64,000 bases of DNA, taken from positions 205,632 to 269,631 of the forward strand of contig LDXO01000001.1 in assembly GCA_001443455.1 (NCBI GenBank). Reading direction: 5' to 3'. Position numbers and translations under genes: made by a program. Below the pieces are notes generated by a model. It was given only the letters and a program-made list of their open reading frames with translations, made no database searches and was not told where the DNA came from. This DNA comes from Deltaproteobacteria bacterium CSP1-8 (lineage in GTDB: Bacteria > Desulfobacterota > Deferrimicrobia > Deferrimicrobiales > Deferrimicrobiaceae). Shown one piece after another: positions 57,242 through 64,000 of this stretch (positions are counted from its first letter, which is position 1; every line of letters begins with the position of its first letter).

Positions 57242-58102
57242 GTGAAACGAAAATGCGCCCGCGTCCTCCCGGGGCGGCAATCCCTCTGGATGTGCTCGAT
57301 GGTCCTGTTGTTCGCATGGACGACGGCGGCTTCGGCCGCCACCGTGGACGTGGAGCTCGTCTCCGACCGCAAGGGCGCGCTCCCGCTCTACCGGGCCGGG
57401 ACGGCCGGCCGGCACGACACCTACCGGGCCTACGTCGAGGCGGAAAAAGGAGAGCAGTACGGCGTCAGGATTCGCAACAACACGGGACGGCGCGTAGGCG
57501 TCGTCGTGGCCGTGGACGGGCGGAACATCATCTCCGGCGAAAAATCGCACCTGCGGAACAACGAGCGTATGTATATCCTGGGGCCGTACGAGTCGGAGAC
57601 CTACGACGGGTGGCGCACGGCACGGGACACGATCAACCGGTTCTACTTCACGGAGCCCGGGGACTCGTATGCCGGCTCCTTTGGCGACCACTCGGCGATG
57701 GGGGTGGTCGCGGTCGCGGTGTACCGGGAGAAGGATGTCCCTCCCCCCCGCAGCACCTACAACCGGGAAAAGGAAGAGTTCAGGGGGGAGGACAGGAGCG
57801 GGGCCCGCGAACCCGGACCGATGGGCGCGCAGGAGGGGGCGGCGGGAAAACTTGCCCCGGAGAGAAGCGGGGATATCGCGGGCACCGGGTTCGGGGACGA
57901 GAAATATTCCCCGTCGGTCCGCGTCCGATTTGCCCCGGAGTATCGGGCGGCCGAGCGCCATTTCATGAAGTACGAGTGGCGGGACACGCTCTGCCGGAAG
58001 GGAGTCATTGATTGCCGCTTTACCCGAAACCGGTTCTGGGACGACGCCGACGACGGATACGCCCCGTATCCGCCCGGCGTGCGCCGGGGCAGGTTCGAGT
58101 AG
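57242..58102 (+). CDS. Secreted hypothetical protein
   Basis: GTG 57242 follows AAAGGAGAA. The signal peptide ends ..LLFAWTTAASAA/TVD. No family was recognised. It is divergent from the ATP-grasp gene. Confidence 0.55.
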   Translation: MKRKCARVLPGRQSLWMCSMVLLFAWTTAASAATVDVELVSDRKGALPLYRAGTAGRHDTYRAYVEAEKGEQYGVRIRNNTGRRVGVVVAVDGRNIISGEKSHLRNNERMYILGPYESETYDGWRTARDTINRFYFTEPGDSYAGSFGDHSAMGVVAVAVYREKDVPPPRSTYNREKEEFRGEDRSGAREPGPMGAQEGAAGKLAPERSGDIAGTGFGDEKYSPSVRVRFAPEYRAAERHFMKYEWRDTLCRKGVIDCRFTRNRFWDDADDGYAPYPPGVRRGRFE

Positions 58103-58324
58103 GTGGGACGCCGCGGAAAGACCCGATCGCGTCGCAATGATAAAAACGGTGAACCCGGTTGGGGGCCGGCCGGTTCCGCCGGTCCCCTCGTGGGTGCCGA
58201 ATGGTCGGGGATTTCGTTTTGCCGGTGGAATTGCCCGCCCGGGTTCGATATGATGCCTTTTCTCCAGCATGTCCCGACGGAGAACAGCTCCGGGGGAAAG
58301 AACCGGCAAACCGAGAGGGCAGGG

Positions 58325-58750
58325 ATGGGATTCGACCCCGACAGGTTCCTGACGCGATACGCCGACGCCTACAACGGGCGGGACCCCGAGAAACTTCGGA
58401 CGTTTTTCGCGCTCGATGATCCCCGGTTCGCGGTGTTCGAGGACTTCTCGGAGGATCTCTTTGACGGAGAGACCTACGCGGCCATCCTCGAGGGGGCATT
58501 CGACGCCTCCGGGGAGATGTCGTTCGAGTTGCTGCGATGCGACCGCTTCGACGACTTCGCGATCATCCACGCCATTCAGAAGATCATCGACGAGGGCGAG
58601 GAGGGGGAAGGCGTGTTCACGGAGGTCCTGGTCCGGGCCACGATGTGGGTGACCGTCTCGGGGGAGGAGGCCCATGTCGTCGCGGCCCACTTTTCCTCCC
58701 TGCCCTCCGCCGCCTCCAACGAACCTCTCGCGGCCATCAGTACGGGATAG
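58325..58750 (+). CDS. NTF2-like (SnoaL/DUF4440-type) protein
   Basis: Starts MGFDPDRFLTRYADAYNGRDPEKLRTFFALDDP... at 58325. Upstream in-frame starts are possible. Confidence 0.55.
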   Translation: MGFDPDRFLTRYADAYNGRDPEKLRTFFALDDPRFAVFEDFSEDLFDGETYAAILEGAFDASGEMSFELLRCDRFDDFAIIHAIQKIIDEGEEGEGVFTEVLVRATMWVTVSGEEAHVVAAHFSSLPSAASNEPLAAISTG

Positions 58751-58753
58751 AGC

Positions 58754-58829
58754 GCGCCCTTAGCTCAACGGATAGAGCTCCTGACTTCGGATCAGGCGGC
58801 TGGGGGTTCGAATCCCTCAGGGCGCGCCA
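58754..58829 (+). tRNA. tRNA-Arg (anticodon TCG), CCA encoded
   Basis: GCGCCCT-TA-GCTC-AACGGATA-GAGC-T-CCTGA-CTTCGGA-TCAGG-CGGCT-GGGGG-TTCGAAT-CCCTC-AGGGCGC-G-CCA. Confidence 0.9.
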
Positions 58830-58971
58830 GTCTTTTCCCGCATCGCGATATGGGATTCGAACCGGAGGCGGCGCCGACGGTGGGCGGGGACACCCCTCTC
58901 CCTTATCCCGAAGATGAATCAGGAATGTCCCCGATGAGAGAGGCGCGTCAGCCGCCGACGAGGCTCACCGG

Positions 58972-58993
58972 GCGAATCCCTCAGGGTGCGCCA
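58972..58993 (+). repeat. Direct repeat of the tRNA-Arg(TCG) 3' end (att-like)
   Basis: GCGAATCCCTCAGGGTGCGCCA compares with the tRNA sequence TTCGAATCCCTCAGGGCGCGCCA (one substitution within the shared 21 nt). It lies 143 nt downstream of the tRNA. Confidence 0.6.
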
Positions 58994-59184
58994 CTTTTCA
59001 TTTTATTCATCACATAGTTGCAAGGCAGGCATTTCGCCACACGCACCCGGACTCTTGTCTGGTTGCGCCTGGGTTCCGGATTTGGCCGAATTTCCTTTAT
59101 CGATTTAAAGAATCAGCGGCGATGGCTATCCGTATTGTTCCTGCAGACAGGGGAGCGTCGACGACCGTCGCGCTCGTCTTGACG

Positions 59185-59203
59185 TACATACGAATAGTAT
59201 GTA
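59185..59203. promoter_or_regulatory. Perfect palindrome TACATAC-GAATA-GTATGTA overlapping the brnT start codon (candidate operator)
   Basis: Read directly. The ATG at 59199 lies inside the right arm, and TTGACG sits just upstream at about 59179-59184. Confidence 0.35.
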
Positions 59204-59492
59204 TCCTTGGAACGTGGAGTTCCGATGGGACGAGAAGAAGAACCGGGAGAACCTGCAAAAGCACGGCTTGAGCTTCGAAGACGCCCACCTGGTCTTCGTG
59301 GGGGAGACGGTCACCTTCCTCGATGACCGCATCGATTACGGGGAGAAACGGTACATAACGCTCGGGGAACTGCTCGGGCGGGTCGCCGTTATCGTCCATA
59401 CGCTGAGAGGGGAAACGATCCGAATCATCTCGATGAGAAAGGCGAACGGACGTGAAAAAAAAATCTATCAAGAGCGACTTGAAAAGGGTTGA
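59199..59492 (+). CDS. brnT: BrnT family toxin (DUF497)
   Basis: MYPWNVEFRWDEKKNRENLQKHGLSFEDAHLVF...YGEKRYITLG...VVHTLRGETIRIISMRKANGREKKIY is the canonical BrnT pattern. Confidence 0.85.
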   Translation: MYPWNVEFRWDEKKNRENLQKHGLSFEDAHLVFVGETVTFLDDRIDYGEKRYITLGELLGRVAVIVHTLRGETIRIISMRKANGREKKIYQERLEKG

Positions 59493-59712
59493 TGCAATGA
59501 AGGATCGGGATATCGATTACTCCGATATCCCCCGGCTTGATGACTCCTTCTTCAAACGCCCACTTGCCGAGCTGCCCAAGCCGAAGAAACCGATCACTAT
59601 CCGGATCGATCCCGAAGTACTGGAGTGGTTCCAGTCCAAAGGGCCGCGGTACCAGACCCGGATCAACGCGGTGCTGAAGGCTTACGTCCAGACTCACAGG
59701 AAGGCGTCGTAA
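59452..59712 (+). CDS. brnA: BrnA family antitoxin
   Basis: ..DLKRVDAMKDRDIDYSDIPRLDDSFFK..ITIRIDPEVLEWFQSKGPRYQTRINAVLKAY.. is the canonical BrnA pattern. It overlaps brnT by 41 nt. ATG 59497 is an alternative start. Confidence 0.8.
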   Translation: MKKKSIKSDLKRVDAMKDRDIDYSDIPRLDDSFFKRPLAELPKPKKPITIRIDPEVLEWFQSKGPRYQTRINAVLKAYVQTHRKAS

Positions 59713-59936
59713 GAGAAGAGCATCCTCCTCCTTCCTATGGATAAGATCTTTCCCGACGTGATCCGGAGGACTTTCCGTAAACGTACTTGAAGGCGGGGGT
59801 GGCCTCATTCCGGAGGATTTCGAGTTCCTCCTTGGAAAGATGTATCTCCTCGATGGACGTTGAAGAGGTCACAAATGAATTTTTCCTGAAGATGGTAGCC
59901 ACGAATAATACCGGATTTTCGGGCGGGACATTCCGT

Positions 59937-60641
59937 CTAAGGTTTTCGGGCTGGTATCGCCACGTAATCGCCGCGATCAAAGCCGGTCACCGGTTCTTCC
60001 ACCAGGTAATCGGAATATTTCGGATGGCGGGTTAGCGTCTGGGCAAATTCAAGATTCACAAACCCGGCTTGAAGAAGCAGGTTGACCTTCTCCTCCGTGG
60101 TCCTCCAAATCGCGGCTTTTGTGAATTCCACCGGGTAGGGGTGCTCGGGCGCGATCTTTTTGAGATACGGATCATCCCACGAATCCGATGATTTCGCGAG
60201 CCGATAAAGGAGTCCGTAGGAACTTTCCGCCGGTACATCTACCACCAAAATATTGCCCCCCGGTTTGAGCACACGAAACGCTTCATCGAATGATTTCCCC
60301 AGATCGTTGATATAGCTCGGGGTTCCATTCATCAGGACCGTGTCAAATTCCGCGTCTTCATAAGGCAGGTCTTCCGCGATACCGGACTTTACCTTCATGC
60401 CGCGTTTTTCCGCAATTTGCGCCATTCCTTCTGATGGTTCGACGCCAAAACGAATATCAATTTCGTGCTCCGTACGCAAGATATGCTCGAATAGTCCGCT
60501 CCCACATCCGACACTGAGGCTTTTCCCCGGTGATTTCAGGAAGTGTTTCAGCAAAAGAACTTCCGATTCGAGTACCTTTCGATTTTTGAGAAACCAGGAA
60601 TCGTACCGTTCCGCATGTCCGTCAAAGGGTTTCTTCGGCAT
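59937..60641 (-). CDS. Class I SAM-dependent methyltransferase
   Basis: Motif I is SLSVGCGSGLF. ..FDTVLMNGT.. and ..LKPGGNILVVD.. are also present. Confidence 0.85.
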   Translation of the reverse strand: MPKKPFDGHAERYDSWFLKNRKVLESEVLLLKHFLKSPGKSLSVGCGSGLFEHILRTEHEIDIRFGVEPSEGMAQIAEKRGMKVKSGIAEDLPYEDAEFDTVLMNGTPSYINDLGKSFDEAFRVLKPGGNILVVDVPAESSYGLLYRLAKSSDSWDDPYLKKIAPEHPYPVEFTKAAIWRTTEEKVNLLLQAGFVNLEFAQTLTRHPKYSDYLVEEPVTGFDRGDYVAIPARKP

Positions 60642-60794
60642 ATCCGTTTCCCCGGGAATTTCCTTTTCCCCCCGGCGGGCAGGAGGTTCTATAAACCCTT
60701 CCGGTCGTCGCGTTTCGGGGGCATTGCGGACCGCCCGCCTCCCGGAACGGTGCGAGCCGCTCCACGCGGTCGCATACCATCATCATCGATGTCG

Positions 60795-61676
60795 CTACGG
60801 CCGCCCGAGCATGGTGTTCGCTCTGGCCCTGCCGAGCTCGATGAGTTCGCGGGCACGGTACATTTCGTACACGCTGCAGACGTCCCGGGGAATCTCGATG
60901 ACGACGTCGGGGGAGTAGGCGGCCAGCTGGAACCTGGCAATCAGATCCTGCATGGTGTCCATCGACCGGGACAAGATATCGAACAATCCCATCTCTTCTT
61001 TCTTGACCTTCCTTCGGTGGGTGAGTTCGGCGATGAACTTGACGATGCGTTGGCGATAGATCCCCGTCGCGTCATCGTCCGGATCCTCTCCCAGAAGGGG
61101 TGTCGCAAGGTCACCTGCCGGTGGTGCGCTGGCATTGACGACGACCGTCAGATCCGTGCGATCGCGAAGGGTCGGCGCGATCGGGATCGGATTGACCAGG
61201 CCGCCATCGACAAGTTGCCGTCCCTCGATCGTGTGGGGGGTGAAGATGGTGGGGATCGCCATCGAGGCGCGGATAGCGTCAAACAGGGGGCCCCGGGATA
61301 ACCAGACCTCTTTCCCGTTCTGGATATCCGTGGCCACCGCCGTGAAAGGAACGGGAAGATCCTCGATGTTGCGATCCCCGATCAACTCCTTGAGCACGCC
61401 GATCACCCGCTCGCCCTTGAACAGTCCGGTGCTTCCGAAGGAAAGGTCCAGCAGACGGATCACGTCCAGACGCTGCAGGGCCAAGACCCAGCGGGTATAT
61501 ACGTCAAGCTTGCCCGCCGCATAGATGCCTCCGATCATCGCACCCATGGAGGAACCGGCGATGGAGCGGATTTCGTATCCATTCTCCGTGAGCCAGTCGA
61601 TGACTCCGATGTGCGCAAGGCCTCTGGCACCGCCGCTGCCCAGCACAAGCGAAACTGTACGGTTGGGGTGCGCCAT
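60795..61676 (-). CDS. Patatin-like phospholipase (RssA type)
   Basis: Has the oxyanion motif LGSGGARG, the nucleophile motif GSSMG, and the catalytic Asp context ..LVDGGLVNPIP.. . Confidence 0.9.
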   Translation of the reverse strand: MAHPNRTVSLVLGSGGARGLAHIGVIDWLTENGYEIRSIAGSSMGAMIGGIYAAGKLDVYTRWVLALQRLDVIRLLDLSFGSTGLFKGERVIGVLKELIGDRNIEDLPVPFTAVATDIQNGKEVWLSRGPLFDAIRASMAIPTIFTPHTIEGRQLVDGGLVNPIPIAPTLRDRTDLTVVVNASAPPAGDLATPLLGEDPDDDATGIYRQRIVKFIAELTHRRKVKKEEMGLFDILSRSMDTMQDLIARFQLAAYSPDVVIEIPRDVCSVYEMYRARELIELGRARANTMLGRP

Positions 61677-61873
61677 GGTCCGGTCTCCGGGAAACTGCGG
61701 CCAGCCGCGAGAACCATCACGCGTCTTCTCTCCGTTGAAACCCGGGTGGGCGCCCTCATTCCCGGTTTATCCGGTTGCGCCCGGGTTGCATCGGGTGCAT
61801 CAACGATATCCCATTCCGTTCATATTCTGTAGTGGTAATTCCCGGAACCCATTGATTTTCCTGCGGAGCCCTC

Positions 61874-62272
61874 CTATTTTCCAAACACATCCTTGAAAAA
61901 CGTCTGCATCTCGGCCCACGATTTTTTGTCCGCGTCGGCGTTGTACCCGAGCGGAAGGTTGAATTTCTTTGCGTAGTGGTCGGCGTCGGGATGCTGCGCC
62001 TGCTTTCCCTCGCCGTACATGTCCACCGCGAGGGCGACATACCCCAGTTCGGCCAGCATCCGGGCGCGCCTTCTCGCATACTCGTCATGGCCCCACCACT
62101 CGTGGACCACCAGAATGCCCGGCCGTTTGCCCGAAAAACCGTCGTCGTAGGCCAGATACCCCTTCAGCGTCGTATCCCCGGCAACGTAATCCACCGGTTC
62201 CCCCCGGATCTCACCCTGGGCAGATGCAACGATCGTCATCAGGAAAAACAGAGCCCCGATCATGCGTATCAT
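61874..62272 (-). CDS. Dienelactone hydrolase family protein with an in-frame internal deletion (probably inactive relic)
   Basis: ATG 62272 follows AAAGGAGG, and a signal peptide is present. The N-terminal third (..GILVVHEWWGHDEYARRRARMLAELGYVALAVDMYGEGK..) joins directly to the family C-terminus (..PDADHYAKKFNLPLGYNADADKKSWAEMQTFF..). The nucleophile-containing core is absent. Confidence 0.6.
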   Translation of the reverse strand: MIRMIGALFFLMTIVASAQGEIRGEPVDYVAGDTTLKGYLAYDDGFSGKRPGILVVHEWWGHDEYARRRARMLAELGYVALAVDMYGEGKQAQHPDADHYAKKFNLPLGYNADADKKSWAEMQTFFKDVFGK

Positions 62273-62611
62273 ATCGCCTCCTTTCTGACCCATTTGGTTC
62301 CATTGGGATGAAGGTGTGTTTTGGCGGATTCATTTTCCCACATGTACGAACAGGGGGCCGGAAACGGGATCCTTCGACCACTCCGGATTCCCCGAACGGT
62401 GTAAAGGCCGATGAATTTTATTAATGTTTTTAAAAAAAATGCCGATTAATAAGAAGGAAAGGCAGATACGGATCGTGTCGGCCCCTCTTCGAACGAGCAC
62501 AGGGGAAGGGGAAATTCGAGGAAGAAGAGGAAGAATGAGGATGCCCTATGGTCCTTGTCCGGGTAGGTCGGTGAACAGGCGAGGAGATTCCCGGCGTGGT
62601 GTGTGCAGAAA

Positions 62612-63172
62612 ATGACCGGCCGGCAATACCGGATCATCCGGCAAATGGTGGCGCTGGTCCTCTTTCTCCTCCCGGGTTTCCTCTTCCCGGCGGCCTTGGC
62701 CGGGTCGGTACCCGGGGAGACCGAGGTCAAGGCCGCCTTCCTCCTAAACTTCATCAAGTTCGTGGAATGGCCCGACTCCGCGTTCGGATCCCCCGAGGAC
62801 CCCTATCTGATCTCCGTAGTGGGGAACGACTCCATCGAGGAGGCTCTCAAGGGAATAAGCGGGAAGACGGTCTCCGGGAGGCGCGTTGTCGTCCGGAAGG
62901 TGCCAGGCCTCTCGTCGCTTGAGCGATGCCACATTCTCTTCGTGGGCGAATCCGAGCGAGGAAAGGTCGACCAGGTCCTCGGGGCCGTGAAAAAGTGGCC
63001 CGTACTGACGGTTGCCGACATCGAAGGTTTCGCGCGCCGGGGCGGGACCATCGGGTTCATCCGGGAGGAAAACCGCGTCAGGTTCGAGATCAACGATGAG
63101 TCCGCCGAAAAGGCAGGACTGAAGCTCAACGCGAAGCTCCTCTACCTCGGAAAGATCGTCCGGAGCCGATAG
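62612..63172 (+). CDS. yfiR: YfiR family (DUF4154) periplasmic protein
   Basis: Has a signal peptide and ..EVKAAFLLNFIKFVEWP.., ..ILFVGESE.. and ..VLTVADIEGFARRGGTIGF.. motifs. GTG 62603 is an alternative start. Confidence 0.8.
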   Translation: MTGRQYRIIRQMVALVLFLLPGFLFPAALAGSVPGETEVKAAFLLNFIKFVEWPDSAFGSPEDPYLISVVGNDSIEEALKGISGKTVSGRRVVVRKVPGLSSLERCHILFVGESERGKVDQVLGAVKKWPVLTVADIEGFARRGGTIGFIREENRVRFEINDESAEKAGLKLNAKLLYLGKIVRSR

Positions 63173-63182
63173 GAGGAAAGAG

Positions 63183-64000
63183 ATGATTCGATCATTCCAG
63201 GACGCCCCCATCCAGAGAAAGCTCGTGGCGGTCATCCTGTTGACCAGCGGGCTCGTCCTGGCCGGCTCCACGATCGCCCACGTGATCAACGAGGCGGTCT
63301 CCTTCCGGACGGAGGCCCAGAAAAATCTTCAATCGACCGCCACCGTCATCGGGAACAACAGCATCGCGGCGCTGCTGTTCCGGGACAAGAAAGTGGCTGA
63401 CGAGTCGATCTCGGCGCTCCGGAAAAACGAGTCGATCATTGCTGCCTATCTGATAACTGCCGACCACGAAGTGATAGCCAGTTACGCCGCCCCAAACGCC
63501 GTTCCGGGGAATTTGCCCTTAGGAGACTTGCGAGACGCACGCAACAGAACGGTGGACCCCAATGCGCTGGAGGTTCTCCGCAGCCAGGTGGGCTCCTATT
63601 GGAACTTCCGCACCATTGACGCGGTGTCGGACATCGTGATGGATCGCCAGCGGGTCGGCACGGTGGTCCTGCGGTCCTCGTTCCAGCAGCTCGGGGACCG
63701 TATGAACCGGTACCTCCTCCTCTCCGCCCTGGTCCTGCTGGGTTCCTTCTTCGGGGCGTACCTGCTCTCCAGACGTCTCGCCCCCGTGGTCTCCCGACCC
63801 ATCGTAGAGCTGGCCCGAACGATGAAGTCCGTCTCGAAGGACAAGAATTTCGGGGTTCGCTGCGAAAAGCACGGCGAAGATGAGATCGGGGACCTGTTCG
63901 AGGGGTTCAACGAGATGCTGGGGCACATTCAGGCCCGGGACGAGATGCTTCTCAGGCACCAGGAGGGGCTCGAGGCGGAGGTGGCACGCCGGACTGCCGA
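63183..64000 (+). CDS. CHASE8/HAMP sensor protein (YfiN-like N-terminus), 5' part; continues beyond the window end
   Basis: AGGAGG precedes ATG 63183. The frame stays open to 64000 and is absent from the ORF track. It reads MIRSFQDAPIQRKLVAVILLTSGLVLAGST..., then a second TM, the HAMP region (..RPIVELARTMKSVSKDKNFGVRCEKHGEDEIGDLFEGFNEML..) and a coiled coil. Confidence 0.75.
   Translation, partial: MIRSFQDAPIQRKLVAVILLTSGLVLAGSTIAHVINEAVSFRTEAQKNLQSTATVIGNNSIAALLFRDKKVADESISALRKNESIIAAYLITADHEVIASYAAPNAVPGNLPLGDLRDARNRTVDPNALEVLRSQVGSYWNFRTIDAVSDIVMDRQRVGTVVLRSSFQQLGDRMNRYLLLSALVLLGSFFGAYLLSRRLAPVVSRPIVELARTMKSVSKDKNFGVRCEKHGEDEIGDLFEGFNEMLGHIQARDEMLLRHQEGLEAEVARRTA

Noticed and set aside
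58830-58971. A possible additional tRNA or tRNA fragment (GGGATTCGAACC on the opposite strand).
   Set aside because: Only a T-arm-like 12-mer is present, and no acceptor, D or anticodon arms can be folded around it.
60795-61676. The patatin phospholipase as a CBASS-type or other defence effector.
   Set aside because: No cyclase, sensor or other partner gene is adjacent. The protein looks like a stand-alone RssA-type patatin.
1-64000. CRISPR arrays, rRNA genes, intact transposases or integrases.
   Set aside because: None was seen on either strand. The only tandem repeat is the 15-mer duplication at 45341-45370.

Overview
This is a visibly GC-rich bacterial chromosomal segment. Gene content suggests an anaerobic Desulfobacterota/Geobacter-like lineage, but that is inference only. 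I call about 55 protein genes, 5 tRNAs, several gene relics and one short dispersed repeat family. No rRNA or CRISPR array was seen.

Layout, left to right:
- (a) 1-272: the N-terminus of a PAS regulator. It is divergent from a six-gene respiratory-looking cluster at 620-8220. That cluster encodes an outer-membrane beta-barrel, a small secreted protein ending in Cys, an octaheme c-type cytochrome, a Tat-exported Mo-bisPGD oxidoreductase, an NrfD-type membrane subunit and a 4x[4Fe-4S] subunit.
- (b) 8253-16904: secreted MsrA, a TetR-TolC-MFP-RND efflux operon, and TerC behind a long structured leader.
- (c) 16935-33840: a low-GC orphan membrane gene, PolX, a MEMO-like protein, MscL with a zinc-ribbon tail, a PAS hybrid histidine kinase, small metabolic genes, EmrAB, a decayed amidohydrolase relic, an MFS transporter, EpmA, glutamate dehydrogenase and Crp/Fnr.
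- (d) 34100-45870: small unknown genes, YceI, a second MFP-RND pair, DUF1059, tRNA-Arg(TCT), CopA and bacterioferritin.
- (e) 46057-47827: a tRNA-His/Arg/Lys operon, followed by a graveyard of degraded integrative elements bounded by a duplicated tRNA-Lys 3' end.
- (f) 47871-58750: CAP-domain lipoprotein, MalQ, GlgB, SDR, and an esterase/ATP-grasp/secreted-protein trio.
- (g) 58754-62452: tRNA-Arg(TCG) followed by a lower-GC accessory stretch with BrnTA, a methyltransferase, a patatin and an internally deleted dienelactone hydrolase.
- (h) 62612-64000: YfiR and a CHASE8/HAMP sensor that runs off the window.

The most interesting candidate for an undescribed system is the barrel/Cys-tail protein/octaheme/Mo-NrfD-FeS cluster. 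The second is a 30-35 nt repeat (core GGGACGTTCTTA) that sits immediately 3' of genes at five places.

All product calls rest on reading the translated ORFs. No database search was run.
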